The notes under the pieces were generated by a model that saw only the letters and a list, made by a program, of their open reading frames with translations, did not search any database and was not told the origin of the DNA. 64,000 bases of DNA from Paraphysomonas bandaiensis (taxonomy: Eukaryota > Protista > Chrysophyceae), in contig CBFFRP010000123.1 in assembly GCA_965644295.1 (NCBI GenBank), positions 310,001 through 374,000 on the forward strand, written 5' to 3'. Shown piece after piece: positions 39,736 to 53,285 of this stretch; position 1 is the first letter of the stretch, and every line of letters starts with the position of its first letter. The translations under genes and the position numbers were made by a program.

Positions 39736-42700
39736 ATGGACCGAAACATCCCTATTACAGTAAAAGAATGGGACAAGTCCTCTCGAGCAAGAAGAATAAG
39801 TATCATGGAAGCGATATGTCACCGGTATGTAATGGAAGGTGTTGAAGACTTTGATATTGGCAGAATTAATGCTGAAATTGGTGATGAGGTGTGTCTATTG
39901 ATTCCCCGTATAATTGGGGCTTTAGAATCAGCTCTTCAGAGGAAAGAACCGTTTGGAGTGTATGTTCGTAGTGTATGTGCTCTTCTATCTACTCATGCGG
40001 GACAAGAGTGTGCATTATCGTCATCTGCAGTGATACCAGAGCTGTTACGATGTATACAGTGCGAATCATATGCACGTGAAGATGATATTGCTGTCACTCT
40101 GACGATGTTACGTAGAGTGTGTACATTCAGTGATCGACTGAGGATGTATGTAATTAAGCTACATGGCATGGAATGGACGAGTAGTTTGATGCAGAGGCCG
40201 AATTGGTCAGGAGTCATTCACAGTGCTGGGTGCGCTCTCATGCTTGACCTCGCCACAGTCGGAGAGGATGCGTCACAGGAATTTTCATCCCTCTTGCGCA
40301 TGCTGCTCAATACTCCATATCTGCTTAGCAAGCATGCAGCAATCAGAATGATATCATCCGCACTGGTGACGAAAAGTTCTGCCCGAATTGTAATGAGGGG
40401 GTGGGAGGAAGAGGTGAACTGTCAGATTGCCAGAGTGCTACTATGTGCTCCAATCCAGTACCAGTACGACACTGGTGAGCTTATCTCTCTTCTTTTTGAG
40501 GACCCCGCCATGTCAATGCGAATGATGACACTCTGTTCGGCTGTACTATGTTTGAGGTACACCGTAGGTGGGGGCTCTATATGTACACCCAAGAAAAATT
40601 GGGACCTCCGCTTCCCACCTCCTAAGGATTCAGATGTTTTCGTTAGTGAAGTCCCAGAGGTAAAGCTATTATAATTCAATACAGGCACCCTAATAAGTTT
40701 TGCATAGGTTCTGATATGTAGCATTCTGATGTCAGCGTTAAGCTGGGCAGATGACGCAGTGTCGGGCCCTTTGGAGGAACGGCGTATTGCCCAGGGAAAG
40801 TTTCATTCTCTCGCTACTCGCATGCGAATGTGTAAGTTGCACCGTATTCTGTTGGCACACATTTTGTGGTACATTCGTGAGAAGACAGTGCTACACAAGG
40901 TCCTCTCTATATGGAATGTAGGCGGGTCGTCTCCAGAAAAGGACGAACAGCAATCTGGCCTTCCACACATGCATAGTTCAAGGTTCAGAAAAGCAGTAAA
41001 AGTTGCCAAGAAGTGGATATCTCGTCGGGCTGTACAAAGAGAACAACGACTGGACACCCCTCCCGAGTTGCATCGAGCCTCTGTAATCCTGCGACAGCCT
41101 GCTGGGGGAGGAGTTGAGAATGATGACGAGACAACAGGACAGGACCTCAGCTGTATCAACGCCATACGCGTGCTTCAAAAATGGATCGAACATGATCCCT
41201 TGGCTCACCAGGACATTGAGTCTGACTTCGCGAGGTTTGGTTATGCCAGAGACATAGCGCACATCACCATAGAAAATACTGATGAGGTTTTAGACATTTT
41301 ACAATCGGTGGGGAATGTTGTACGGACCATCAACGCTCAAGGGCAGGATACTTCTCAAGTCGGAAAAAAATCGTTTTTATCTAATTATTTATCCCACACC
41401 CTCAGCCCAGGAGAACTCGTCAAAGATTTGAAGGTTTCATTAGGCGAGGCACTCCGCCTGGACAAGCAATGCGTGTATCCTCTCGAACCCCCATCGACTC
41501 CTAGTTTTTCGTCGTCCTCTTGTGCTTCTCCTGCACAGCTGTTCTCTGACAGTAGTAGTACCACGTATATGCCACCCCTTGTATTTTCATCGAGGTGTAC
41601 GGGAGAGGGACTTGGTACATCAGTGGACGAGAGAGGAGAAGATGAGGATCCACTGGACGGATGTAGTACGAGTATCGAGGAGTCTGAGTTCTCAAACTCT
41701 CGTGTAGAGCCTGGAACGTATCAACAGACGCCCACCTCTATCACGTTATCTCATATGAGTGAGCCAGTGCCTCCACCGGTGCCTCCAACAGCTACACAGA
41801 AGAACAAACCCCGACGTAGTCCCTCAAAGTCTTATACTCGCACAGTAGTACCATCCCCTCCTCCTGCATCTCCTGGGGATGCGAATAGTCCTCATCCTCC
41901 AGAGAAATCCACTAATGGAGCAGTGGAGCACTCAAGTCGACCTCACCGACTCTCTGAGAGATACGTGATGCGAGATGGAGCGTCTCCCAGGCTGCGCGAA
42001 AATGGTGGGAGGATATCGATCACCACACCACGTGACGACTCAGTGGTAGAGGGGCGGGTGGTTGCTGCCGCCTTGGCCTCGAGCACGGGATCACGGAGTG
42101 AGAAGCTTGCCCCTTCGCCTCCTAAACTTCCCTCAGTGGCCCGGACTACAGGGGCAGCTCGATCTCCCGCACCAAAGAGCAGGTTCGTTAGACAGAGCGT
42201 TGACGTCCAAACAGAGACATCATCGTATCGCGTGGAAGATGAAGACTTCCTGGAGGGAGGATTGTTTTATCACCAGCAACCCTTGCAGCCATGTTCACCA
42301 TCCGTTGCATTACCCACAAATCAAGCCGACAGTCAAGAGGACGAAGACCTAATGCCCATCGATGACTCCATAATACTTGATGATCCATCTCCTCTTGGTA
42401 AAGTTAGTACGGAAGGGGAAGTCGTAGTACCGATAGATGACAGCGTTGCACAGTCAGTGGCAAGAGAGCTCGCACAACTCAGGGACCAGTCACTGGAACA
42501 CATAAATAGTATTGCAGAAGAAGATGAGTATGTGGACGAGGAAGAGTTTGAGGCAGAGAGACTCCGCCACATACACGTAGTGGTGAACCAGATGATAGAG
42601 GAGGAGAGTGGAATACTAACTGCTCTTACTAGTCGTATTGAAAACGAAAAGGATAGGTACCAGCAGATATCAATGACACGAGATCCCCTTGTTGGAAGCA

Positions 42701-42948
42701 GTCGCCGAGAAGGAAAGGGTCGAGATGGATTGTCGTTACCGGATGCCTGCTCTCCTAAGAAGCTGATGACGAACTACAGAGCAGTACTATCGAAGATGCA
42801 GGAAAAAGACAAAAATACTATCCTCGGTCTCTCTGTTCGTGATCTGACTACTGAGAATGTTGCGGACATGTCTGAGTCTACACTTAGTGAATCATCTCTT
42901 GGTATGGATCAGAATAATACTTCACTTCCGTGTATTAATTTAAGTTGA
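39736..42948 (+). CDS. Hypothetical protein, ARM/HEAT-like helical N-terminus and Pro/Ser-rich disordered C-terminus; intron 40660-40707
   Basis: 312-aa and 739-aa ORFs join in frame across a 48-nt GT-AG intron. The ARM-like call is only a compositional impression. Confidence 0.7.
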
Positions 42949-43687
42949 AATGTGTATTTGTGGGTTTTTAAATGTCTTATATATTAATAGATTAATGATA
43001 ACTAGTTCTTGATGACACACTATCTCACTATTAGTTATATGGCCATATATATGCAGATATGACTGGCTCACGACAATTGCAGTTTCCCAAAATATTGATA
43101 TAAAGAAATAAAGTGTGTCATGTGTTTGCTGAATAATATTGTATAATAGTATATATATTGTATATTGTACAATTAAAGTGTCGTCTATCTCAAAGTTTGA
43201 CATATTTTGAATTCTGTTAACTTGTTAACTTAACAACTGAAGGTAAACTTATACTCAATGCTGAGAATTATAATCAATATCTCTTATCATTCACCTACTC
43301 CAAGTTGTCTCTTCTACCACTCATTCTTTCTCGTACGATCTTACTTCGTCACTGTACCTTGTATCGTCACTATATTGTTCTGTTTCACTACTATATTTAT
43401 TCTCATAACTGTATACTACTCGTAACGGTTATAATTTAAATATTAAACACCATATATCTACAACTTCCAACTGATCTCATATAGCATAATTCAACAGCCT
43501 TTGGGGGTTGGGGGAAAGCTTGCCTATCTTTTGCCCTCCTCGAGATAATATTTTATCTTATTATATTTTCTTTATAAGAATTAGATATATTTAAAGAAGG
43601 ACAAATAGTACTACGACGCATTACGCTGGTGAATATAAACATATACCATGCGATCTGACCCATGGCGGCATTGTCTGTATAATCAGT

Positions 43688-44856
43688 CTATAATCCCTTA
43701 TTATAGTAGAATACAGTATGTTGAGGGTATTTTACTGAAATTCTCTAAAAAACGACTTTAGATAACACGTATGTATGACAAAAGCTTGAGATACCTTTTG
43801 CAGATCGTCCTCTAGGTCAGCAATATTGATGGAGGCTTTCTGTGGGAAGAGCGCGCAGCAAATAGGTGTGCTAAAGGTCAGGCATAAACCCGTCAGCAAT
43901 ACCTAAACAAACATTAGAAAGCAATACTAATTGTGAACGATAGCGACCGTCAGCGGAGCTTTAATCCATGGATGTTTAACAATTAGTGCAGCTTTTTCGA
44001 CTTGTGTCATGATGAGCGGTGGTATTGTCATTCCAGGAATAGCCATTCCAATACGACATGGCACAACCTAACCGCACGGACAATAACATACAAGGCATGC
44101 TGTTAAATTTATATGCCTGGTGTACCTGAGAAACTGCGTTTATAGCGGCAGCAGTGCTTTCGCCTACTACCTCCCCGTCTGCAGTCTCGATAGAAATTCC
44201 GTTCTTGACCTCTTGCTGTCTCATCAAAGGCAAATTAACACAGTTTGCTGCTGCAACAGCCATTAGTGGGACAAAGCGCCCAACAAGCCCGTTAGACAAC
44301 GCAGGCATACTGTTAACGATCTTGTTGAATATTAACGCAGTTCCGACACTAGCCGTCGTTGCAGCTGCATATGCTATTCCGAGTTGCTCGTTGGTTACAC
44401 CAGCAGAAGCTGAAACGCCTAATCACTTTGCAGTATTTTAGATTTTAGATGGTACTTACCATTTCTGTTTGAGAAGTTCACGACGGCATTGAAAGACTGA
44501 TTGGCAAACTGCCAGAACACCACTGCGGGAGTAGACTTGTAAAAAGTAAGCATGCATCCGGTTATGAACATATTTCCAGGAACTTGAAAAGACATGCGAC
44601 CCGGCAAAATCAACTTTTCTCCATTTTGTGGATGAAATGCACTGTCATAAAGCTGTTTCACCTCCCATAGTTTGTCTTCAGATATGTCGAGTTGTTCGCC
44701 TCGCCGATAAGCATCTACTATACGTTTAGCCTCATCTAACTGATATTCAGAAGCTAAGCAGTTAAGTGGATTGGTAGTAACGAAGAAGTGTTTCACTCTG
44801 CCAGCAAAAGTCGACTGATCATATCTCGGATTCTCGATATCAATGGAGCCGTTCAT
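43688..44856 (-). CDS. SFXN: Sideroflexin (mitochondrial serine/tricarboxylate carrier family), multi-exon
   Basis: [32 protein letters not shown]...[49 protein letters not shown] and terminal YYNKGL. Confidence 0.93.
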
Positions 44857-45116
44857 CCTCTAACTCTAATCTGTTAACAGGCAGCGGGTGGTAATAATTG
44901 AATACTGACCCCCTATTATAGTGAGCATGCTCATAGTTACAAGCAACATATGGGGAGGTGGAGAATGGAAGCTAATGTATGGCAATCCGTCAATCCAACC
45001 TTCACTGCTCACTGCTTAAAGTCTACCATATGTATGTACATATGTATGTGTAGGTAGGTACACAGTGTGCACGTACATACAGCAGATGTATAGGTATATA
45101 CAGACTACATGTCCAC

Positions 45117-45117
<1 letters not shown>

Positions 45118-45147
<30 letters not shown>

Positions 45148-45149
45148 TG
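45118..45149. repeat. (TATG)8 microsatellite in the SFXN/GT61 divergent spacer
   Basis: Directly visible. Confidence 0.9.
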
Positions 45150-45236
45150 GGTAGATACTCAGACAGGGAGGTGGAGGATTGCACTGTGAATGTACTTTAA
45201 ATCTAGTGATGCGGTGTGTCGTTTTATTTCAACACG

Positions 45237-46963
45237 ATGCACACCCATTACTCGTTACGTCTTCTCCTCCCCATTGCATATCTTGTCGCATGCTATGCAT
45301 GGTCTGATATAAACACTCAGTCCCGTCAGATAGTAGTGTCGGAGATAATAAACACCACTCTGATCGGCAATAACATATCCATACCCACTCCGCTTGCATA
45401 CAGTCCATTGCTTTGGAAAAATCAAAGCGAAGTATTGGAAATATGCTCAAAACATCCCGATATGGATGCTCGTGTAGGGTGCTGTCAGCCCAGTGACACA
45501 AGAGTCCTTACTAATGTCAGGGTAGAGAACGGGCACTTCGTTCTACACAGTAATGAAGCGCAGAAACCAATTAGTCTACCAGGAATTAAGTCATTGCGCC
45601 TACAGAAGGATTTACGGTTCACTACCCAAGCTGTTCCAGAAAAAATTTCACCGGATAAGAGTAAATGTGTTCGTATGTTTGAGGGCACCCTTCATGTTAT
45701 TGGCAAGTCTACCGTGAATAAGGTTTATCATGCTAGTAAGTTATATTATTTTGTTTATTTTTTTAGTCACGGTTTTTGTTCTGTGTAGTTGGCGACAATT
45801 ACTTACCGTTGGTATCTCAGATAGTATTAGATGCAGTATTGGACCCTGCATACCTGCACCAACCACGTATGCTTCTCACTGGTTTCCATCCTACACAGAC
45901 GAAGGATGTACCTCACATGGGTCTCATAACCTCAATGGCATCAGCGGGGACAGTAACGTTTAAGCAGGTTTGTACCTCTTACGTTGGTCGCCATATGATG
46001 GATAACCATAATATTTCGTGCAGGCAGAGGGCTGGTGTTTCAGCAGGGTAGTGTGGGGCCATGGGGCACATGTGTTATACTCTGATACCCGGTCTCGGCT
46101 GCGAGGCTTAGCGGCTGACTTCTCTCGTGCACATGTGGCGGCAGTATACGATATGCGGCTACCGCCTGAGTTTTCTCCCAGGATCAATCATGTAAATGTT
46201 TCTACCACTGGATCTACTAACGGAGGTAATAAGAGGCCCTTTTCCACTGCCGGGTTTGGAGGAAATCCTCTGCGAGTTGTACTCTATTCTCGTGGTAACA
46301 AAGGATCCCGTACCCTCAATGGAGAGAATGTAATATTGGCCCGGTTGAGTGATATGGGCGCGGAGACAGTCCTCTGCTGTGACTTCGAATCGACTTCGTT
46401 GGAGCAACAAATAGCCTTCGCATACCATGCAGATATGGCAAGTCTTTGATTTTTCTGTATATCGTTTGAATCTCCCTGTACTATAGGTGATGGGGGTGCA
46501 TGGTGCAGCATTAGTTCATTCATTATTTTCCCGCCGGGGGGTCATAACTCTTGAGTATAAGACCGTGTACGCATACGAGTCTATCCTATTTCCAATTGTT
46601 ACGGAATCAAGAAGAGGAACACATATTCAGATAGACACAAGGATGTATGATCAAGTCCGAAAGGGGACAGGTCGGGTTGATAAAGCACTTGTTGAGCGTA
46701 CTCTTAGAGCTGTCAACTCTGCGCTAGAATTCATTGCGAAGGGAAATCCCAGTAAGATAGAGAAGTTAGGTCCACACGAAGATTACATTATTGGTCCAAT
46801 GAGCGTTGCTGGAACACAGTTGGATCATATATTAGGTCCTCCACGAGATAGTTTTGATAGACTCTGTACAAACACAACACTCGCTGCATTTAGACGAATA
46901 TTAAAAAGCAAGAACGAGCATGTTCACTGTTCCATGTGTAAAACGTTTCGACATAGGTTTTAA
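45237..46963 (+). CDS. Glycosyltransferase family 61 (DUF563)-like protein with N-terminal signal/anchor; includes a GC-AG intron
   Basis: N-terminal hydrophobic segment, NKVYH, CFSRVVWG, YSRG...RTLN and SLEQQIAFAYHADM|VMGVHGAALVHSLF (GT61 signature). Confidence 0.8.
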
Positions 46964-47982
46964 CATGCTCTTGAGTGGGAATATATTTTTATGTATTTTA
47001 TAGTTGTTTGAATAATATATTATAGTATAACTCATTTCATTGCACTGATTACACCCGTACCAATGGTATTGGGATATGAAAACAATTGTAATTTGTAGTA
47101 CCCAAGCTCAGCGTTGCATTTCTAACGAAATTACAAACTAGCACAGAAAACGTAAACTTCCAACAGAAATGTTTATTACTGAAACCTTCCTGTAAAACTT
47201 CTTGTTACGATATCACAGCAGAAAGTATTAGAAAATAGACAATTAGAAAAATAAAAATCTAACATCTGCAGATACTACGTACATAAACTATATTTTGCAA
47301 TATAATTGTCGTAAAAATATTGGTGGGTCTTCATTTTGGACATAACAATACGTACTTCAAGAGTATTATAACATTTTATTATCTATACAATACAGTATAT
47401 ACGTTTACTTGACCTGCTTACATCCTTAATAAAAACTTTAAATGTAGTGGAACGCATTGATACCAGTGAGGATACTTGTGTCGATAAATTATCCGGCAGT
47501 TACATTTGAGAAAAATCAACACTCTAGATAAAGAAGTGTAATTAATATCTTCCATTTGCTGTTATTAAGATAGATAAATATTAAAATCTAGCTCAATAAC
47601 TGTTTCTACTTCTACTGCTGCTATTGCCTATTGCACAACAGGCTGCCAATTGCACAGACTGCATCTCAGTCCACCCTTGCTGAATAATGGGACAAACGGG
47701 GTTTACTTCTGCTGGAGAATATGGTGCATACAGTACGGTATTCTCGGTATTCTGTATGGAATATATCTCCATATATGCTGACATCATATACGTATACGTA
47801 TACCGGTATACAGCAGAGCAGCATATCATACACAGCGCAGCACACAAGCATATCATGCATATGCATATGTATATGTATCTCCACAGTGCAGTCGCATCTC
47901 TACTCTCTACAACCAACAAACCAGACCCCCTTTGCTCTCCTCATCTATATCTATTTCCTTTACATCTACCCCTTGTTACAGT

Positions 47983-49557
47983 ATGTATATTACAGTATGG
48001 AGATCAGTGAGGAGGAGCAGCAGATCACGACCCCTTCTCCTCTCTATCCGGCCACTAACCAACCATACACCCCCTCATAGTCCCCCTCATAGTCCATCAG
48101 ATAGTCCAGTGGAGAAACAGAATAAATCATATGATGGAATAGAGTCACGTAATCGTCTTTTGAGTGATCAGATGAGAGTCATTAACAGTGAGAGCCCTGA
48201 GTTCCATCTGTCCACAAGGCAGAAGATAGCTGTCTTTCTATCAGCGAATATGTCCTTATGTGGATCGATGCTTTACATATATACTCATTCCAATGAAGTG
48301 TTAACTCCTGATAATCTTGCTCTTGGGCTTCTGGTTACAGGTATTGGCGGTATAGCAACCGTGTATATGCAGTCGAAAACTATATATGGAATAACTCCTA
48401 AGAAGAAATCGAAATTCGACTTTGAATTATTAAATGCTGGTACTGCATACGCTCCAGAAATGAATAAGCTTGCAACTGTTTGTGGTGACAGAGAGGGAAA
48501 GATTGGAGGGAGTACTATTGTGTGGCCTGATGATGTACAAAGAATGATAAACGACTTGAAAGCGGCTGACAGTGATCGGCTTAACACCCTGGTGTCTGAA
48601 CGTGTCAAGTCTATATCTGAAAGACTGAAAAACGATACATTTGTCTCTGCTAAAGATGCTGAGGCTGCCCTTGCTCCTCGGGCATTTGTACTTTACTACG
48701 AAGATGGACTAAAGATTCCGGAGAGACGAAAATTTATCCGATCGGATTCCCGCCTCTCTCGAGCAGAACTCTTTGGAGAAGAGATATCACTTATCCTGTC
48801 CTGTGCCACCCGACATGATACTGTAATTATTAATCTAGAGTCTCCTGGAGGTTCTGTAATTGAATACGGCTTGGCTGCTTCCCATATCCTACGTTTGAAA
48901 CGTGCTGGTTTGAGGACAATCGTAACAGTAGATAAAATAGCGGCATCAGGCGGATTTATGATGGCGTGCTGTGCGGATGAAATTGTTGCAGCGCCCTTCG
49001 CATTAATTGGGAGTATTGGCGTCGTCGCAGAGGTACCAAATATCAACAAAGTGCTCACCAAGAACGATGTTGATTATTTGACTTTTACGGCTGGAAAGTT
49101 TAAACGCACGGTAACTATGTTCGGTAAAAACTCCGAGGAAGGTGTCGCACATTTTCAGTCTCAATTGGAGGAGATACATACTGCATTTAAGACCCATGTC
49201 GGGGAGAATCGTGGGGATAGTGTAGATATTGATAGTGTATCTACTGGTGAGACCTGGCTGGCGGCTCAATGTCGAGAAAGGGGGCTCGTAGATAGGCTTG
49301 GTACCAGCTGGGATGTCACTGCTGAGTTTGCAAATAGTGGATATGATGTTGTCAAGGTGACCCGCAAGAAAGAAAAGGATAAATTGTGGTCATATTTAAA
49401 GGAAGATATGGAGGAGACTAGTCTGTACATTAAAAATATGTTTGAAAGTATATTTCCAATTGGAGTCACTCGAGCTGCAAAAGCTGCCAACAGAGATATT
49501 CCATTTGGTGCAAGTGATAGTCTTTTATCAATACGAGATCATGATTATAAGATGTAG
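47983..49557 (+). CDS. sohB: SohB-like S49 serine peptidase, intronless, putative mitochondrial presequence and two TM helices
   Basis: LESPGGSV..YGLAAS, VDKIAASGGFMMAC.AD.IVAAPFA.IGSIGV, TAGKFKRTVTMFG and IDSVSTGETWL are SohB-type motifs. The N-terminus is Arg/Ser-rich and acid-free. Confidence 0.88.
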   Translation: MYITVWRSVRRSSRSRPLLLSIRPLTNHTPPHSPPHSPSDSPVEKQNKSYDGIESRNRLLSDQMRVINSESPEFHLSTRQKIAVFLSANMSLCGSMLYIYTHSNEVLTPDNLALGLLVTGIGGIATVYMQSKTIYGITPKKKSKFDFELLNAGTAYAPEMNKLATVCGDREGKIGGSTIVWPDDVQRMINDLKAADSDRLNTLVSERVKSISERLKNDTFVSAKDAEAALAPRAFVLYYEDGLKIPERRKFIRSDSRLSRAELFGEEISLILSCATRHDTVIINLESPGGSVIEYGLAASHILRLKRAGLRTIVTVDKIAASGGFMMACCADEIVAAPFALIGSIGVVAEVPNINKVLTKNDVDYLTFTAGKFKRTVTMFGKNSEEGVAHFQSQLEEIHTAFKTHVGENRGDSVDIDSVSTGETWLAAQCRERGLVDRLGTSWDVTAEFANSGYDVVKVTRKKEKDKLWSYLKEDMEETSLYIKNMFESIFPIGVTRAAKAANRDIPFGASDSLLSIRDHDYKM

Positions 49558-50136
49558 TGGTAAGTGTATCGTCAATTTCACTGTATTAGAACCACCTGCG
49601 TGCTTCGTTAATCTATTTGAGTTGTAATAGTGGCATTGACATTGAACATTGTGGCATTGACGGAAGATGGTATTGGCATTGTTGTGAAATGAATCATTTG
49701 TCAATTGCTATCGCACTCATATTTATAAGAGGTATTTAGCTCTTTGTATTGGTTACCTAGCCCACTGCAATCGTAATAATAATGTACACCTTATAGAAGA
49801 ATGCTTTATTTCGTTGGCAATTCAGTTATATTATTAATTATTATATTACGCCTAGCGGGGACAGGGGACAGCTAACCGTTGATGTTTATAAGCCCTCTCC
49901 AAACTCTTACAAGTATATAACAAGACGAATGGCTATGACTGGCCTAACTGGCTCACATACTCCGCGCTCTGCACTATCTACCATTAAAATGGGCTGAATC
50001 GTAGCAACATGGCAAACGGAAACGATTGAATATAACCAAGTCCAGTGGTCCAGTGCATATCACATAGCAGTAATTATTCGTTACATTTCGATATATAAAA
50101 CAAGTAGGTCAGCAATCACACGCTATCTTATTAACA

Positions 50137-51615
50137 CTACAATGTTGAATCTGGTCCCCCAGCTAGGCCCTCAAAAACAATATCTACTTTCACCCCAAGA
50201 TTTCGGTGTATTAACTTCTGAATAGCATCTTTCGCCGTTGTAACAAACTGCTCCGAATTTGCCAATCGTCCCCGTGCCTACAAGCATAAATTGTCAATCG
50301 AAGCCCCACTGAATACGTAATTACTAACCTTTGTGAGAGATTCTTCAAACATACTCTGCTGCTGTACCCCTTCTTCACGAAGTTTACGTACAGCCGCTTG
50401 TCGACGCAAGCGAGATACAATTTTGTCCGCCGCTCTGTTATAGCAAGTCGCGTCGGATGAAAGTGCAGAGAGCATTCGAAGCTGGGGACAAGTAATCAAT
50501 TTTTTACACAAAGATATAGCGCTCCGCATCCCAGCAAGCTCGTCTTTAGAAGGACCGGACTGAGCCAGGTCTTCAGAATCAGCAGTCGAGAGAAAGGCGT
50601 CCAGTTCACAGAGATCCAGCACTACACCTTCACGGAGTTCAGGCGTTGAGAGAGCAATCGGTGTCAGTGCAACATCCGCATTTGAGGAAGATCTACTGCT
50701 AGGCATTTTCTGCTCCTCTGAACCGTCCATGTCAGAGGCAGATATACATGTCCACTCCTCCGAGGAATCTGATCCACCTTGTGAATCGAGCACACCCTGT
50801 AGATGTCTCAAAGGAGCCGATGCGCGAGAAGAATAAAACTCCAAAGCAGCCCCCACCTCCCCGGCTTGAAGTGCGTTCTGGACATCTCGTAACATATCCG
50901 GTACACGATTCCCGAGGTTCTGCAAACTTTCAACAAGTCGAGTCCTAGCCGTGTCGAGATTAGAGTACTCATCCGTATCGAGTAGGTCGCGTGGCAAGAG
51001 GAAATCAGAAAGAGTGTCTGAAAGCATTTTACTGCACATCTGCAAGTTACGTTCGTGTTCTTGTAGTCTACGAATGAGCATACAGAATAGTTATATTCAG
51101 CAATGATAGATTTCAAATTAACACACCTGCGACTGATGTCGGCCACATCTTTCTCAAGGAGATGAACAACGCGTTTGTTATTGGGATATTTAAAATACAA
51201 CATTTTTATGAGACTCTGACAGGAATTTCCAATCGCAACATTATTTTCCTCCCACTTCGTTAATAGAGAAGAGAGTTTCTGTAGATATGGAACTGTGTAC
51301 TGACCGAACATATTTTTGCACTCTGGACCTTCTTTTTGTTCAAGAGTGTCAAGAAATGTCTTCAACTCAATATACGAATAAGGAGGAACTGGAATCATAT
51401 CAATACTCAGTGATGTATTCTCTCTTGTGAATGCAATGACATCATCGACCGATGCTATCACAGTCTTGTCCTTATCTTTCCAATCAGGACTGATATGCTT
51501 CCCTGACTCCAGCCATGTTATCTACATGAAAGTGTGAGTATATATCTACTTGTACTTCATACTGTATTACCAGTTTCGATACATGTACTTGTAGTGTTTT
51601 CCCTGAAGTGATCAT
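50137..51615 (-). CDS. CDK5RAP3: CDK5RAP3/C53/LZAP homolog; 4 exons
   Basis: VHVSKL|ITWLESGKHISPDW and KNMFGQYT...WEENNVAIG...YFKYP resemble the DUF773 N-terminus; C-terminal IQKLIHRNLGVKVDIV. Introns 51522-51570, 51040-51083 and 50278-50328. Confidence 0.75.
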
Positions 51616-52175
51616 GTCACAGCTCTCAGCTCAGCTCAGCTCAGTTAATAATATAATACAGTGGTACAGTATAGAATTCTATTAATAGTGTGTGTGTAAT
51701 CAGGAGCACTATCAGCCAATAGAGACAGGATGATATGAAGGGGTGTGGGCTATGTATAATCTATGCTCGTTAGGAGAAGTGAGTGAGATGGGAGATGGGG
51801 TGTATATGTAGGTATGTATATGTACTGCTGAGGTCTCAGAGAGTACAGACTAGATGCTACATACTGCTGCCTGCTGTACACTTGTACACACTATGATGAC
51901 TAGATGAGTATATATACCAGTATACGGTATACGTATAGACTGTACTGGAATTCCTGGGACTGCGAGTGTAGATATACAGCAAGTACAGTATATACGAGTG
52001 CACTGTATACACACTATACGGTATAGTACATTGACGAGGAAAATATATATACGCTCCTGCACTGATACTGCGACAGCAGCAAGTATCACTTGTCACCAAT
52101 CTCCAGTCCTTACACTTAATACACGCCTCTCTGTCCATTCGAACCTATTGTCTTATAGCAATTTATTACCTCGAA

Positions 52176-52933
52176 ATGATACTTCCCATCTTCTCGCTGA
52201 TGGTTTCGACAGCAGCTGCTGTACAGTGGAGTCTGCCGTTACCTGCAGATTTAATTGCATTTAATTCATCAGAAGGCGCTGAAATGTTTCGTAATCCCAC
52301 CACAGTTTCGACATCATTTTATTCGGGGTTTCAACACCTCGCGACACAGCAAACCCAGACGCTTTGTTCCATCGCAACATCGGTGACATTATTAAATGCC
52401 GTCGCCAGCGATATTGCCCCAATTGATCCGCTATACGATCCGTATGGTTACTGGACCCAGCACAACTTTTTCAACAACTGCACAACAGATGTCGCTCCCG
52501 CCGCAGTAGTTTTAAAATCTGGATTGACTCTGGATCAAATTAGCAAAATGCTCTCATGTTATGATGTTGGCCTTACAGTTGTTAAAGCCAACACGACCAC
52601 AGTAGATGGGTTTAGAAGCACTGCTAAGGCTTCATTGTCTCGAGGGGAGCAGATAGCGATTAATTTCTATCGAACAGGTATCTCAGAAACAGGGGGTGGT
52701 CATTTTTCTCCTATTATGGCGTTTTGCGAGGAGTCTGACATGGTTCTTCTTACAGGTACGTGTTTCGTGTTGTGGGCTCGTTTTCTCACTATGGTTATGC
52801 AGATGTTGCCAGATACAAGTATCCGTCTGCGTGGGTTCCAGTGGTGGAACTCTTTGATGCTATGATGACCATCGACAACGTCTCTCAAGATTATCGTGGA
52901 TTCATCATATTATCGGAACTTTCTAAGCATTAA
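52176..52933 (+). CDS. Short phytochelatin-synthase-like protein (catalytic domain only) with signal peptide; intron 52756-52802
   Basis: TQQTQTLCSIATSVTLLNA (catalytic Cys), GGGHFSPI (His), LLT|DVARYKYPSAWV (Asp) and RGFIIL. Confidence 0.88.
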
Positions 52934-53285
52934 ATCTGAGTGCTTAAAATAACGTTAAAATTTACGTGCTTAAACATGTATTTATATAACTACAATATAT
53001 TGCATGACACTATCACTTTTTATTATAATTTAAACTGAATTTGGCAGCGTGATGATGTTTTCATTATTTGCCAATAATGCTTTGTTAATAATCATGTAAC
53101 TTCTATGATAGTGCGGAATGTATATGCTGGGTGACATACCGAATATAGTATAACACTTTTTGCTTCATGTTGCGTTTCAGTTATGTTACAGTCCCAGAAA
53201 CACTGATCGAATAGTTAGTGGTATAATTATTCATATAGAATCTTACATGCTCAAGCAACATTTCATATATTACAACTGTATGGTT

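Noticed and set aside
31191-44856. Serine decarboxylase and sideroflexin (serine carrier) as a serine metabolic cluster
   Set aside because: They are 11 kb apart and separated by three unrelated genes; consistent with chance.
50808-51461. Overlapping ORFs in CDK5RAP3 suggesting a programmed frameshift
   Set aside because: A canonical 44-nt intron (51040-51083) joins the frames.
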